Shown here: positions 28,735 to 40,363 of the stretch, in pieces
How the letters are laid out: each line of letters opens with the position of its first letter
Numbering within the stretch: position 1 is the first letter of the stretch
From: an uncultured delta proteobacterium
Lineage (GTDB): Bacteria > Desulfobacterota > WTBG01 > CAIYCZ01
Length of the DNA stretch: 64,000 nucleotides
NCBI GenBank assembly: GCA_963803975.1
Contig: CAWDOY010000054.1
Coordinates: forward strand, 96,001-160,000
Reading direction: 5' to 3'
Position numbers and translations under genes: made by a program
Notes under the pieces: model-generated
What the model saw: only the letters and a program-made list of their open reading frames with translations
Told to the model about the DNA's origin: nothing
Databases searched by the model: none

Positions 28735-30450
28735 ATGCGCTACACACAGATGCTGATTCCAACGCTGCGGGAAGATCCTGCTGAAGCAGAAGTAATAAGC
28801 CACCGGCTGATGCTGCGCGCCGGTATGATCAGAAAGCTTGCTGCCGGCATTTACTCGACGCTGCCCCTGGGGGAGCGGGTCATGCAGAAAACCAGGCGCA
28901 TCATTCAGGAGGAGATGAACCGGGCCGGGGCCCAGGAACTGACCCTGCCGTTTGTACAGCCGGCAGAAATCTGGAAGGAGAGCGGGCGCTGGCATGTGTA
29001 CGGCAAGGAGCTGCTCAGGTTCAAGGACCGGGGCAACCGGGAGTTCTGCCTGGGGCCAACGCATGAGGAGGTTATTACCGACCTGGTGAAGGGCGTTGTC
29101 ACCTCCTACCGCCAGCTGCCCGTCACCCTGTATCAGATCCACCTTAAATTCAGGGATGAAATCAGGCCCCGGTTTGGCGTTATGCGGGCGCGGGAATTTC
29201 TGATGAAGGATGCCTACAGCTTTGATGCCGATGAGCAGGGCGCAGAGCAGAGCTACCAGAAGATGCATGATGCCTACAGCCGCATCTTCACCCGTCTGGG
29301 CCTTACGTTCAGGGCGGTTGAGGCTGACAGCGGCCCCATCGGCGGCAGCTTTTCCCATGAATTCATGGTGCTTGCCGAAACCGGTGAAGACCTGATTGTG
29401 AGCTGCACCGCGTGCGGCTACGGAGCAAATACGGAAAAGGCAGAGATCCGCAGGCCGGCAGATCGTGAGGTTTCTGCCGCACGGGAGGAAGCGCTGCAAA
29501 AGGTTGAGACACCCGGGATGAGGACGGTTGAGGAAGTGACCGGATTTTTGGGCGTGCCGCCGGCGCGCCTGATCAAGACCCTTATTTTTACCGGCCCGGA
29601 AGGCCCGTTTGCAGCTCTGGTGGGAGGAGAGCATGAAATAAACGAAGTGAAGCTCAGGAATGCCCTGGGCTATGATCACATCGAGCTGGCGGATGAAGGG
29701 GTGATTGAGCAGCTGACCCGCGCACCGCGGGGATTTGCCGGCCCCATCGGGCTGAACGTCACCATGATTGCCGATTACAGCCTTATGGGAGGCGCTAATT
29801 TTGTGACCGGCGGCAATGAAAAAGATATGCACCTGCTCAACGTGAATCCCGGCAGGGACTTTACTATCACCCGCTACGCGGACATCCGCATGGCTCAAAG
29901 CGGCGATGCGTGCCCGCGCTGCGAGAGCACGCTGCAGATAAGCCGCGGCATTGAAGTGGGGCATATATTCAAGCTCGGCATTAAATACAGTAAAACCATG
30001 GCTGCCACCTATCTTGACCAGCAGGGCCGGGAACAGTACTTTGTCATGGGGTGCTACGGAATTGGTGTCGGCAGAACCGTTGCTGCTGCCATTGAGCAGT
30101 CTCACGATGAAAACGGCATTATTTTTCCTCCCGCCATTGCGCCCTTCAGCGTCGTCGTGGTGCCGGTGAATACCAGGGACGGGCAGCAGATGACGATTGC
30201 GGAAACGATTTATGCGGGTCTTCTCGAGCGGGGCATCGAGGTGCTGCTTGATGACCGGGACGAGCGGCCGGGCATTAAGTTTAAGGATACGGATCTTATC
30301 GGCATACCGCTGCGCGTTACCGTGGGAACAAAAGCGGTCAAAGAACAGAGCGTGGATATAAAATTGAGACAGGGCGGGGACGTAGCGCTCGCAGCCATTG
30401 ATGACGCCGTAAACACCGTTGAGAACATGCTGAAAACTATCGGTCTATGA
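28735..30450 (+). CDS. proS: Proline--tRNA ligase (bacterial type with editing domain)
   Basis: LGPTHEE, FRDEIRPRFG, GIEVGHIFKLG, MGCYGIG. Confidence 0.99.
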   Translation: MRYTQMLIPTLREDPAEAEVISHRLMLRAGMIRKLAAGIYSTLPLGERVMQKTRRIIQEEMNRAGAQELTLPFVQPAEIWKESGRWHVYGKELLRFKDRGNREFCLGPTHEEVITDLVKGVVTSYRQLPVTLYQIHLKFRDEIRPRFGVMRAREFLMKDAYSFDADEQGAEQSYQKMHDAYSRIFTRLGLTFRAVEADSGPIGGSFSHEFMVLAETGEDLIVSCTACGYGANTEKAEIRRPADREVSAAREEALQKVETPGMRTVEEVTGFLGVPPARLIKTLIFTGPEGPFAALVGGEHEINEVKLRNALGYDHIELADEGVIEQLTRAPRGFAGPIGLNVTMIADYSLMGGANFVTGGNEKDMHLLNVNPGRDFTITRYADIRMAQSGDACPRCESTLQISRGIEVGHIFKLGIKYSKTMAATYLDQQGREQYFVMGCYGIGVGRTVAAAIEQSHDENGIIFPPAIAPFSVVVVPVNTRDGQQMTIAETIYAGLLERGIEVLLDDRDERPGIKFKDTDLIGIPLRVTVGTKAVKEQSVDIKLRQGGDVALAAIDDAVNTVENMLKTIGL

Positions 30451-32606
30451 TCAGACAGCGGATTGTTCGCATCAACGATATCCTTGACCAGGTCAGCACC
30501 TATTATAAGGAGGCTGACCTCGGTCTCATTGAAAAGGCCTATGTCTATTCGGCCAAGGTCCATCACGGTCAGACCCGTCTTTCCGGAGAACCCTACCTGA
30601 ACCACCCCATGTCGGTGGCGAAAATACTCTCCGATTTGCGGCTCGATGAATACAGCATCGCCACCGGGCTGCTGCATGATACGGTGGAGGATACCTACGC
30701 AACACTCGAGGAGATTGAGTCCCTGTTTGGCAAAGAAGTATGCTCCCTGGTTGACGGGGTTACCAAGATCAGTAAAATTGCCTTTGACAGCCATGTTGAC
30801 CAGCGGGCAGATAATTTCCGCAAAATAATTCTTGCCATGTCACGGGATATCAGGGTCATCCTGGTGAAGCTTGCTGACCGGCTGCACAACATGAGGACAC
30901 TGAACTTCCTTCCTGCCGAGAGGCAGCGCCAGCTGTCCGAGGAGACCAGGGATATTTATGCGCCCCTGGCCGGCCGCCTGGGAATCTTTTTAATCAAGAG
31001 TGAGCTTGAGGACCTGTGCCTGAGCTACCTGCAGCCCGAGGCATCCCGGGAGATCGAGGAAAAGCTTGTCATCACGGCTGCAGACCGGGAAAAGTATGTG
31101 GGTGAAGTGGTGCAGATACTGGATGAAAAGCTGCGGCAGTTCGGCATCCAGGCGCGGGTGCTGGGGCGGCCCAAGCATGTGTACAGCATCTATAACAAGA
31201 TGTTTCTGCAGAATCTTGACTTCAGCCAGATTTATGACCTCATCGCGTTCCGGGTGATCGTGCCAGCGCGGCGCGACTGCTATGAAGTGCTGGGCATCAT
31301 TCACTCCATCTGGACACCGGTGCCGGGACGGTTTAAAGACTACATCTCCATGCCCAAGGCCAACCGGTACCAGTCGCTGCACACCACGGTCATCGGGCCG
31401 TACGGGCAGCGTATTGAGATACAGATCAGGACCGAGGAGATGAACAGCATTGCTGAAGAGGGCATTGCCGCGCACTGGAAGTACAAAGAGGGCAGACGCA
31501 TCGAGCAGAAGGATGATCAGCGCTTTGCCTGGCTGCACCAGCTCATGGAATGGCAGAAGGAGCTGAAAGACCCGCGCGAGTTTCTGGAGACGGTGCGCAT
31601 CGACCTGTTTCCCAATGAGGTGTATGTGTTTACCCCCAAGGGTGCGGTGTTTGAATTTCCTGCCGGCTCAACACCGGTTGATTTTGCCTATCGCATTCAC
31701 TCGGAAATCGGCCACCGCTGCGTCGGCGCAAAAGTGAACGGCAAGCTGGTGCCCCTGAAATACCAGCTCAAAAGCGGGGATGTACTGGAGATACTGACCC
31801 TGCCCAGTCATCACCCCAGCAAGGACTGGCTCAAGTTTGTCAAAACCTCCCGCGCCAAAACAAAAATCAACCAGTGGATACGTTCTCAGGAGCGTGAGTC
31901 AAGCGTTGCCCTGGGCCGGGAGATCTGTGAACGGGAGCTTGCCCGGCATGAGATCAGCTTCGCAAAAATAGTGCGCGCGGGGGAATTGCTTAAAATTGCG
32001 CGGCGCGAAAACATCCGGTCTGTTGATGATTTGCTGGAAGCGATTGGCCGCGGCGGGATAAAGGCAAAGCACATCCTCAATAAGCTGCTGCCAAAGGAGC
32101 TGCAGGAGGAAAAAGCCCGGGACGTAAAAACACAGAAACCGGCAAAAACAGGCGCGCAGCAGGGAAATGCCGGCGTGCGCATTCGCGGCGTGGATGACAT
32201 TATGGTGCGCTTCGGGAAATGCTGCACCCCGCTGCCCGGCGAGAAAATAATGGGCTACATTACCCGGGGCCGGGGCATGACGGTGCATGCGGTTAACTGC
32301 CCGTACATTGAATCTGCAGATGCCGAGAGAAAGATTGAAGCAGAATGGGACCCCTCATGCCGGATCATCACCCCGGTGAGCATCGAGGTGATGTGCGTTG
32401 ATCATAAAGGGCTGCTGGCGGATATTACCTCATCGATCGCGGCTGCAGAAGCCAATATCCGCAATGCGCGGGTCGTCACCACCACCGATAAGAAAGGCAT
32501 CAATATTTTTGAGATTGAAGTAAGCGACCTCAAACACTTAAACGCGGTGATGAGGTCGATTGAGAAGATAAAAGGGGTGCTGAGTGTTGCGCGGCTCAGG
32601 CTTTGA
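30447..32606 (+). CDS. relA: Bifunctional (p)ppGpp synthetase/hydrolase
   Basis: LLHDTVEDT (intact HD), KLADRLHNMRT, RFKDYI, YQSLHT, TGS and ACT domains. Confidence 0.97.
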   Translation: MIRQRIVRINDILDQVSTYYKEADLGLIEKAYVYSAKVHHGQTRLSGEPYLNHPMSVAKILSDLRLDEYSIATGLLHDTVEDTYATLEEIESLFGKEVCSLVDGVTKISKIAFDSHVDQRADNFRKIILAMSRDIRVILVKLADRLHNMRTLNFLPAERQRQLSEETRDIYAPLAGRLGIFLIKSELEDLCLSYLQPEASREIEEKLVITAADREKYVGEVVQILDEKLRQFGIQARVLGRPKHVYSIYNKMFLQNLDFSQIYDLIAFRVIVPARRDCYEVLGIIHSIWTPVPGRFKDYISMPKANRYQSLHTTVIGPYGQRIEIQIRTEEMNSIAEEGIAAHWKYKEGRRIEQKDDQRFAWLHQLMEWQKELKDPREFLETVRIDLFPNEVYVFTPKGAVFEFPAGSTPVDFAYRIHSEIGHRCVGAKVNGKLVPLKYQLKSGDVLEILTLPSHHPSKDWLKFVKTSRAKTKINQWIRSQERESSVALGREICERELARHEISFAKIVRAGELLKIARRENIRSVDDLLEAIGRGGIKAKHILNKLLPKELQEEKARDVKTQKPAKTGAQQGNAGVRIRGVDDIMVRFGKCCTPLPGEKIMGYITRGRGMTVHAVNCPYIESADAERKIEAEWDPSCRIITPVSIEVMCVDHKGLLADITSSIAAAEANIRNARVVTTTDKKGINIFEIEVSDLKHLNAVMRSIEKIKGVLSVARLRL

Positions 32607-32831
32607 TTATATTTCAGCAGACACGGCTGCTTTTATCTGTACCGGCTTTACCACACAGCCTGACCTGATGCACCGGGTGCACACGGTGATGCGTTTTATC
32701 ATGCCGCTCGGGCTGATGCTTCTCACTTTCTGAACATTCGGTTTCCAGACTTTTTTGCTCTTGTTATGGGCGTGGCTGATGCTGTAGCCGACCTGTCTTC
32801 CCTTGCCACAGATACTGCATACGTTGCTCAT
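32607..32831 (-). CDS. rpmB: 50S ribosomal protein L28 (Cys-containing form)
   Basis: CSICGK, SHAHNK, WKPNVQ, CTRCIRS; RBS AGGAGG. Confidence 0.95.
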   Translation of the reverse strand: MSNVCSICGKGRQVGYSISHAHNKSKKVWKPNVQKVRSISPSGMIKRITVCTRCIRSGCVVKPVQIKAAVSAEI

Positions 32832-32963
32832 GTATTACTACCTCCTGTTACCAAAGAGTTTTCTTCGGACTTGTTTCTCTTATTAACCTGTGATATTGAC
32901 TAAACCAAAAAAATAATTTTTATATTTAACATAATAGACAGCCTTAATCAATATAAAAATTAA

Positions 32964-33165
32964 CAGAACTTTCCCCAAAATTAAGGCATAGAAAACCAAC
33001 AAACGGCATGACCGAAGTAAAAAAGTGCATAGGGTAAGAGGCTAAAAGGCGAATAGGTTAAAGGGTGGTACTAAACCCGAGTCACTGGTCACGAGTCACT
33101 AACCCCGAGTCCCTACTCCCTGCGCTCCAGCAATTACAGCACTATAAATTTTGGGGAAAGTTCTG
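32964..33165 (+). mobile_element. MITE family A, 202 bp, 19-bp perfect TIR, 9-bp TSD
   Basis: CAGAACTTTCCCCAAAATT ... AATTTTGGGGAAAGTTCTG flanked by AAAAATTAA at 32955-32963 and 33166-33174. Confidence 0.9.
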
Positions 33166-33215
33166 AAAAATTAAAAGGGCTTTATAAGCGTCTTTATCAT
33201 AGCGGAGAGATCAAC

Positions 33216-34337
33216 ATGTACTGTGTAATCATGGCCGGCGGAAAAGGCTCCCGGTTCTGGCCCCGGAGCAGGTCAGCACTGCCAAAACAGCTCCTTGATA
33301 TTTTCAGCGACAGGACCATGCTCCAGGAGACCGTGCAGCGCATCGGGGGCCTGATTCCTGCCGAGCGAATCGTTATTGTTACCGGCAGGGAGCATGCTGA
33401 AGCAATATACCAGCAGCTGCCGGAAATTCCCCGTGAAAATATTCTTATTGAACCAATCGGCCGCAATACCGCACCGTGTATCTGTCTGGCAGCACTGTGG
33501 GTAGAAAAGAAGGAGCCGGGAGCGGTCATGGCAGTGCTTCCTGCTGACCATTATATCGGCAACCCGCAGGCATTCTGCCACTGCCTGGAGTCAGCTATAG
33601 ATGCGGCACAGCAGCTTGACGCCCTGGTCACGGTCGGTATCACGCCCCGCAGTCCTGAAACCGGGTACGGCTATATTCAATACGGCGAAGAAACCGGCAC
33701 CTACAGGGGACTGGCCGTCTACCGGGTGCAGCAGTTCCACGAAAAGCCCGTGCTGGCAAAAGCCCGGGAGTTTTTAGCGCAGGGAAATTTTCTGTGGAAC
33801 AGCGGCATGTTTATCTGGAAGGCGGCAACCATCCTCGAAGAAATAAAATCCTGTCTGCCGGAGATGTACAACACGCTGGCAGCGGTTGTGCCTGACCTGG
33901 GCACTGCGCAGGCACAGCTGGCAGTTGATGTGGCATATCAGACCATTGAGGGGATTTCCATTGACTATGGCGTCATGGAGAAGAGCACCAGGGCCGTTAT
34001 TCTGAAAGGTGATTTTGGCTGGAGCGACGTGGGCAGCTGGTCGGCAATTTATGATATATCGGGTAAAGACGCGCAGGAAAATGTGGTGAGCGGCGACGTT
34101 ATTGCCGTGGATGCGCGCGGGAGTTTAATCTGCTCGCCGAAGAAACTAACCGCTATAGTCGGGCTTGACAATATAATAGTCGTCGAAACAGAGGACGCGC
34201 TTCTGGTGTGCGCCAAAGACAAGGCCCAGGAGGTGAAGAAAGTGGTTGATATACTGGAGCAGCAGGGAAGAAAAGGAATACTTATAAAACAGGGTCCAAG
34301 GGTTCAAGGATTCAAGGGTTCGAGTGTTTTTTATTAA
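33216..34337 (+). CDS. manC: Mannose-1-phosphate guanylyltransferase
   Basis: MAGGKGSRFWPRSR, PKQ, EPIGRNTA, WNSGMF, SIDYGVME, WSDVGSW; the true end is probably RKEYL* at ~34287 (extra A at ~34272). Confidence 0.95.
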   Translation: MYCVIMAGGKGSRFWPRSRSALPKQLLDIFSDRTMLQETVQRIGGLIPAERIVIVTGREHAEAIYQQLPEIPRENILIEPIGRNTAPCICLAALWVEKKEPGAVMAVLPADHYIGNPQAFCHCLESAIDAAQQLDALVTVGITPRSPETGYGYIQYGEETGTYRGLAVYRVQQFHEKPVLAKAREFLAQGNFLWNSGMFIWKAATILEEIKSCLPEMYNTLAAVVPDLGTAQAQLAVDVAYQTIEGISIDYGVMEKSTRAVILKGDFGWSDVGSWSAIYDISGKDAQENVVSGDVIAVDARGSLICSPKKLTAIVGLDNIIVVETEDALLVCAKDKAQEVKKVVDILEQQGRKGILIKQGPRVQGFKGSSVFY

Positions 34338-34387
34338 GGATTTTGTTCGGACACTTGACCCCTCGGCCCCATGAACCCTCGCACCCT
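34291..34387. repeat. Inverted octamer array, AGGGTTCA class (copy 3)
   Basis: x4 AGTG - 25 nt - CACT x4. Confidence 0.9.
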
Positions 34388-34399
34388 AAGGAATACATT

Positions 34400-35750
34400 G
34401 TGAATGAGCAGATCTTCCGAGAATATGATATTCGCGGCGTGGTGGGCGTTGACTTGACACCGGAGGTGGTGGAAAATCTTGGCCGGGCTATCGGCACGTA
34501 TCTGATACGAAACAATGTCACGGAAATGACGCTGGGAAGAGACTGCCGGCTCTCATCTGACAGCCTTAACGACGAGCTTTGCCGGGGCCTTCTTGCCACC
34601 GGGATCAATGTCATTGATATCGGCGTGTGCCATACGCCGCTGCTGTACTTTTCCCTTTTTCATCTGGACAAGAACGGCGGCGTGATGATAACCGGCAGCC
34701 ACAACCCGCCTGAGTTCAACGGCTTCAAGGTGTGTCTGGGGAAAGCAACCATCTACGGCGAGGAAATAAAGGCGCTGGAAAAGCTGATCCGGGCGCAGGA
34801 CTTTGAGGAGGGCGCGGGCAATTATTCTACTCAGGATGTGCTGCAGGCGTACTGGAACCGGATCGCAGGCGACATAAAACTTGCAAGAAAGCTGAAGATT
34901 GTTGTGGACGCCGGAAACGGCACCGGCGGCCGGGCGGCAGTGCCGCTCCTGCGGCGTTTGGGCGTTGAAGTCATTGAGCTCTACTGCGACATGGACGGCA
35001 ACTTCCCGAACCATCACCCTGACCCCACGGTGCCGGAATACTTAAAAGACCTCATCGAAACAGTGAAACGGGAGAAAGCAGCCGCGGGCATCGGCTTTGA
35101 CGGTGACGCGGACCGCATCGGCGTGGTGGACGAGCAGGGCTCTATCATCTGGGGCGACCACCTGATGATACTGTTTGCCCGGGAGGTTCTGAAAGAAGTG
35201 CCGGGCGCGACGTTTCTTTCCGAGGTAAAAGCATCGCAGAACTTTTATAATGATATTAATCAGCGGGGCGGCAGGGCCATCATGGGGAAGACCGGCCACT
35301 CGCTCATGAAGGCAAAGATGAAAGAGGAGCACGCGCTGGTTGCCGGGGAGGTGAGCGGCCACATGTTTTTTGCCCACCGCTATTACGGCTTTGATGACGC
35401 GATCTATGCTGCCTGCCGCTTGCTTGAGATCATTTCCCGGAGCGACAAGACGCTGAGCGGTCTTTTAAGCGATGTGCCGAAGACCTGGACGACCCCTGAA
35501 ATCCGCGTTGACTGCCCGGATGAGAAGAAGTTTAGCCGTCGTAGAAAAGATACGGAAAATATTCCAGAAGAAATACCAAATCATTGACATTGACGGCGCG
35601 CGCATTCTCATGAGCGGCGGCTGGGGCCTGGTGCGCGCATCAAACACGCAGCCGGTGCTGGTCTTGCGGTTTGAAGCGGATTCAGAACAGCGGCTTGCAG
35701 AACTTAAAAAAGAAGTGTCATCGGTGGTTGAACGGATTATCGCGGAATAG
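34400..35750 (+). CDS. manB: Phosphomannomutase/phosphoglucomutase; frameshift at ~35534
   Basis: FREYDIRG, ITGSHNP, FDGDADR, GEVSGH; C-terminal WGLVRASNTQP in the shifted frame. Confidence 0.93.
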
Positions 35751-35835
35751 TTGTGAGCAGTGCATTGACGAGGTAAAACTTTTCGCTTGGGGTTTCCTGA
35801 TGAAAGAAATAGAATCACTAAAATGAGGAGGTAAA

Positions 35836-36069
35836 TTATGCCAGCAATTTTCTAAATTCCTCAACAGTTATCCCCAAGTCCGAAATGATAGCAGCGAGGG
35901 TTTTTCTTTTGACCGTTACGGCCGGATGTTTTGGGATGATTACGCGGCGTTTATCAGATTGTCTTTTATAAACAGCGTGACTCGTTCCTGACTGGCGGGA
36001 AAATTCAAAACCCAGTTTTTTTGCAGCCCGTATAACATCTTTTGCAGTTACAGCAGGGAAGCGCGGCAT
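35836..36069 (-). CDS. hicA: HicA-family toxin
   Basis: 77 aa; KKLGFEFSRQSGTSHAVY...VIIPKH...TLAAII. Confidence 0.88.
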   Translation of the reverse strand: MPRFPAVTAKDVIRAAKKLGFEFSRQSGTSHAVYKRQSDKRRVIIPKHPAVTVKRKTLAAIISDLGITVEEFRKLLA

Positions 36070-36296
36070 CAGACAGCAACCTTTACCGTGGTTACAGAAA
36101 CATCACCGGAAGGGATTTTTTCCCTGTCTTCAAGATAGTCTTCAATCATAGCCTTGATGGCGGATTTAATTTCAGATAATGTTTCTTCATAGGTTTCACC
36201 CTGCACATGGCATCCGGGAATGGATGGGCATGTAGCAAAATATCCGCCTTCTTTGCACGGTTCTATGGCTACCGTGAATGAGTATTCTTTTTTCAT
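36069..36296 (-). CDS. hicB: Short HicB-family antitoxin
   Basis: 75 aa; EGGYFATCPSIPGCHVQGETYEE. Confidence 0.9.
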   Translation of the reverse strand: MKKEYSFTVAIEPCKEGGYFATCPSIPGCHVQGETYEETLSEIKSAIKAMIEDYLEDREKIPSGDVSVTTVKVAV

Positions 36297-36330
36297 AAGT
36301 ATCCCTTAAATGAAGTTGCGATATACATAA

Positions 36331-36360
36331 AGTATAGTGATGAGGGTTGAAGATAGTCAA
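36331..36360 (-). promoter_or_regulatory. Sigma70 promoter of hicBA
   Basis: TTGACT-18nt-TATACT on the minus strand. Confidence 0.6.
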
Positions 36361-36378
36361 TAGAAAAAATTATCTATC

Positions 36379-39195
36379 TTACAGCACCTTTTTCAGATAT
36401 TCCCCGGTGTAAGATTTTTTTACCCTGCTAATTTCCTCAGGCGTGCCGCAGGCAACCATATGTCCCCCCCGCTCCCCGCCTTCAGGGCCCAGATCAATGA
36501 TATGATCGGCGGTCTTGATAACTTCCATGTTATGCTCAATCACAATCACCGTGTTGCCGCGGTCAACGAGGCTGTTCAGCACTTCAAGCAGCTTGTGGAT
36601 GTCGGCGAAATGAAGGCCGGTGGTCGGCTCGTCAAGTATGTACAGGGTTCTGCCGGTGCCCCGCTTGCTCAGCTCGCGCGAGAGCTTCACCCGCTGCGCC
36701 TCACCGCCGGAGAGCGTTGTCGCCTGCTGGCCGAGGGTGATATAGTCAAGGCCCACATCGCTTAAGGTCTGCAGTTTGGCGCGCAGCGACGGGATGTTTT
36801 CAAAAAAGTCAAGCGCCTGCTGCACGGTCATCTCCAGTACACCTGAAATATTTTTGCCGCGGTAGCGCACCTCAAGCGTTTCCCGGTTGTAGCGCTTTCC
36901 TCCGCACACATCGCAGGTAACAAAGATGTCGGGGAGAAAGTGCATCTCTATCTTCACCACGCCGTCTCCCTGGCAGGCCTCGCAGCGGCCGCCCTTCACG
37001 TTAAAGCTGTAGCGGCCCGGCTTGTAGCCGCGCATCTTTGACTCAGGCAGCAGGGCAAAGAGGTCGCGGATGTCGGTGAAAACGCCGGTATAGGTGGCCG
37101 GGTTGGAGCGGGGCGTCCTGCCGATGGGTGACTGGTCAATGTTTATGACCTTATCGATAAATTCCGTGCCGGAAATTTTTTTGTGCGCGCCGGCATGCTC
37201 TTTACTGCGGTACAGGCGCTGGGCAAGCGCTGGATAGAGGGTATCGATAATAAGGCTGCTTTTGCCTGAGCCGGAAACCCCGGTGACGCAGATGAAAAGC
37301 CCCAGCGGAAAGGTTACGTCAATCTGCTTCAGATTATTTTCCGCGGCCTGCTTTATTACGAGCTCTTTCCCGTCAGACTTCCTGCGGCAGGCAGGAACCG
37401 GGATTGATCGTGCGCCGGACAAATACTGCCCGGTGAGCGATTTTTTGTTTTTAATAATCTCCCGCGGTGTTCCCGTAGCCACCACCTCACCGCCGGTGAT
37501 TCCCGCGCCCGGCCCCATGTCTATAATGTGATCGGATTCGCGGATGGTCTGCTCATCGTGTTCAACAACAATGACCGTGTTGCCGAGATCGCGCAGGCGC
37601 TTGAGCGTGGCAATGAGGCGCGCGGTATCGCGGGCATGCAGGCCGATGCTTGGCTCATCAAGCACGTACAGGACGCCGGACAGGCCGGAGCCGATCTGGG
37701 TTGCCAGCCGGATGCGCTGCGACTCGCCTCCCGACAGGGTGGCCGCGGTCCGGTCAAGGCTGAGATAATCAACCCCGACATTGGAGAGAAAGGTAAGCCG
37801 CTCTTTAATCTCTTTTAACAGCGGCGCGGCAATCTCCCCGTCCCGCCGCGACAGCTTCAGCCGGGAGATGAACGCAAGCGATTCCTCAACCGTCATGGAG
37901 ATGAAATCGTGAATCGAGGTGTTGTTTATTTTAATATGCAGGCTTTCCCGGCGCAAGCGTTTGCCCCCGCAATCAGGGCAGGGGAGCTGGTTCATGTAGA
38001 CTTCAATCTCTTCCCGTATGGCATCTGAGTTTGTTGCCCGGTAGCGGCGCTCAAGATTGCCGATCACCCCTTCAAATGATTTTTTAAACTCAAAATGGCG
38101 CTCGCCGTCCTTGTAGAGAAACGGTACTTTTTCACCTTTTGAGCCGTAGAGGAGCACGTCGCGGACGGTCTTCGGCAGGTTCTTAAACGGCGCTGCCAGA
38201 TCAAAGCGGAAGTGGCGGGAGAGCGCCTCAAGCATCTGTTTAAAAAAGGACGACTCACGCCGCGCCCAGGGAACGATGGCGCCGTCTTTAAGAGAAAGGC
38301 CCGGATCAGCAACAATGAGGTCAGGGTCAAAGACCATTTTAGCGCCCAGGCCCAGGCAGGCAGGGCATGCGCCGTAGGGGCTGTTAAAGGAAAACGTCCG
38401 GGGTGAAATCTCCGGGTAGCTCACCCCGCAGTCAACGCAGGCTGAGCGCTCATTTAAAAAGAACTCTTCCGCGTCTGCCGGCGCAACCAGGACCATGCCC
38501 TGGCCGAGCTGCGCGGCGGTCTGCAGGGAATCAGCAAGGCGCTTTTCAATGCCGTCTTTTACTACCAGGCGGTCAATGACCGCTTCGATTGAGTGGGTGA
38601 TGTTTTTATCAAGATGAAGAGCTGTGGGGAGCTCATGGATGGTGCCGTCAATGCGCACGCGGACAAAACCGTCCTTCTGCAGCTGCTCCAGCTCTTTTTT
38701 AAACTCGCCTTTCCTGCCGCGCACCAGGGGCGAGAAGATGATGAGCCTGGTGCCGGATGGCAGGCTCATGATCCGGTCCACCATCTCCTGGATGGTCTGG
38801 GAACTGATCTCTTTTCCGCACTGATAGCAGAAGGGCTTTCCTGCCCGGGCAAAGAGCACCCGCAAATAGTCATACACTTCGGTGATGGTGCCGACGGTTG
38901 AGCGCGGGTTTTTGCTGACTGATTTCTGCTCAACCGAGATGGCCGGGGAGAGGCCTTCGATGGATTCGACCTCGGGCTTCTGCATCTGCTCCAAAAACTG
39001 GCGCGCATACGCTGACAGGGACTCCACGTAGCGACGCTGGCCTTCGGCATAGATGGTATCAAAGGCGAGCGATGATTTACCGGAGCCGCTCAAACCGGTG
39101 ATAACCACGAGCCGGTTCTTCGGGATCTCAAGCGAGATGTTCTTCAGGTTGTGGACTTTTGCGCCACGGATAATAATTTTGTCATGCTGCGGCAT
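36379..39195 (-). CDS. uvrA: Excinuclease ABC subunit A
   Basis: Two ABC domains ([31 protein letters not shown]), Zn fingers, LSGGEAQR. Confidence 0.99.
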   Translation of the reverse strand: MPQHDKIIIRGAKVHNLKNISLEIPKNRLVVITGLSGSGKSSLAFDTIYAEGQRRYVESLSAYARQFLEQMQKPEVESIEGLSPAISVEQKSVSKNPRSTVGTITEVYDYLRVLFARAGKPFCYQCGKEISSQTIQEMVDRIMSLPSGTRLIIFSPLVRGRKGEFKKELEQLQKDGFVRVRIDGTIHELPTALHLDKNITHSIEAVIDRLVVKDGIEKRLADSLQTAAQLGQGMVLVAPADAEEFFLNERSACVDCGVSYPEISPRTFSFNSPYGACPACLGLGAKMVFDPDLIVADPGLSLKDGAIVPWARRESSFFKQMLEALSRHFRFDLAAPFKNLPKTVRDVLLYGSKGEKVPFLYKDGERHFEFKKSFEGVIGNLERRYRATNSDAIREEIEVYMNQLPCPDCGGKRLRRESLHIKINNTSIHDFISMTVEESLAFISRLKLSRRDGEIAAPLLKEIKERLTFLSNVGVDYLSLDRTAATLSGGESQRIRLATQIGSGLSGVLYVLDEPSIGLHARDTARLIATLKRLRDLGNTVIVVEHDEQTIRESDHIIDMGPGAGITGGEVVATGTPREIIKNKKSLTGQYLSGARSIPVPACRRKSDGKELVIKQAAENNLKQIDVTFPLGLFICVTGVSGSGKSSLIIDTLYPALAQRLYRSKEHAGAHKKISGTEFIDKVINIDQSPIGRTPRSNPATYTGVFTDIRDLFALLPESKMRGYKPGRYSFNVKGGRCEACQGDGVVKIEMHFLPDIFVTCDVCGGKRYNRETLEVRYRGKNISGVLEMTVQQALDFFENIPSLRAKLQTLSDVGLDYITLGQQATTLSGGEAQRVKLSRELSKRGTGRTLYILDEPTTGLHFADIHKLLEVLNSLVDRGNTVIVIEHNMEVIKTADHIIDLGPEGGERGGHMVACGTPEEISRVKKSYTGEYLKKVL

Positions 39196-39230
39196 GCTTA
39201 TTTTTTTCTTTGATTCAGAGGGTGTCCTGA

Positions 39231-39258
39231 TTGACAAACAGATACCGTATTATATAAT
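39231..39258 (+). promoter_or_regulatory. Consensus sigma70 promoter
   Basis: TTGACA-16nt-TATAAT upstream of the GAF/HD-GYP gene. Confidence 0.7.
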
Positions 39259-39289
39259 CCTTTTCAAGCAAGAACAAAAGAGAGAAGAG

Positions 39290-40363
39290 ATGCTTGACGA
39301 GCAACAGAAGCTGAAAAGAATCATCGCTTTCGGGCTTGAGATCACCCATATTAAAGACCTTGATCTCATCCTGGAGCGGATTCTTGCAGAGGCGCGCCAG
39401 CTGGTGAATGCCGACGCCGGCTCCATATATATCAAGGACAATGACCTGCTGCACTTCACCTGCACCCAGAATGCAACCCTGCAGAAGCAGCTGTCCCCCG
39501 GCAGGAAACTGATCTATGCAACCTTCACCATTCCGGTTGATAACAATTCCATAGCGGGATATGTGGCAGCTGCCGGCACGCACCTGAATATTGAAGACGT
39601 AGGCAGCCTGCCTGCTGCGGTGCCGTATTCATTCAACAGGCAGTACGATGTGCTCTCAGGCTATCACACCCGGTCTGTTCTCGCCATTCCTCTGAAAACA
39701 CCCCGTGACGACACGGTCGGGGTACTGCAGCTCATCAACGCCCTGAATGAAAACAATCAGGTCACCCCCTTCTCCGGGGCTGATGAGCCGCTGATCAACA
39801 GCTTTGGCAATTATGCCGCCACTGCCATTGAACGGGCTCAGATGACCCGCTCGATTATCCTGCGGATGATTCGCATGGCAGAGCTGCGTGACCCGGAGGA
39901 GACGGGCGGCCATGTAAACCGGGTCGCCTCCTATGCCATGGAAATCTATGAAACGTGGGCGCTTACAAAGGGGATGCCGCTGCATGAGATTGAGCGCAAT
40001 AAGGATGTTCTGCGGATGGCAGCCATGCTCCACGATGTGGGAAAAATTGCTATTTCCGATACCATCCTGAAAAAGCCCGACCGCCTTGACAGCGGCGAAT
40101 TTGCAACCATGAAGCAGCATGCCCGCCTGGGAGCCCGGCTCTTTTCCGATAAGAATTCAGATTTTGACGAGGCCGCGTACCTGGTGGCATTGACCCATCA
40201 TGAACGCTGGGACGGCGGCGGGTATCCCGGGCATATCAATCCTGCCGGCACCCCTGATTTTTCACGGGACTGGCCTTGCCGCGCTGCTGCCATGCGGCTG
40301 GCAATGGTGATGGCTTGGATAAGGCTTGATGGATTGGCAATGCCTTTTCCGGCGATATCATAG
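39290..40363 (+). pseudogene. GAF + HD-GYP phosphodiesterase, truncated after the GYP motif
   Basis: [43 protein letters not shown], then runs into antisense pdxA sequence. Confidence 0.8.

Noticed and set aside
28708..30105. Long antisense ORFs (465 aa opposite proS, 311 aa opposite alaS, 379 aa opposite pdxA-hisI, 326 aa opposite the hybrid kinase)
   Set aside because: Shadow frames of well-supported GC-rich genes with no motifs of their own.
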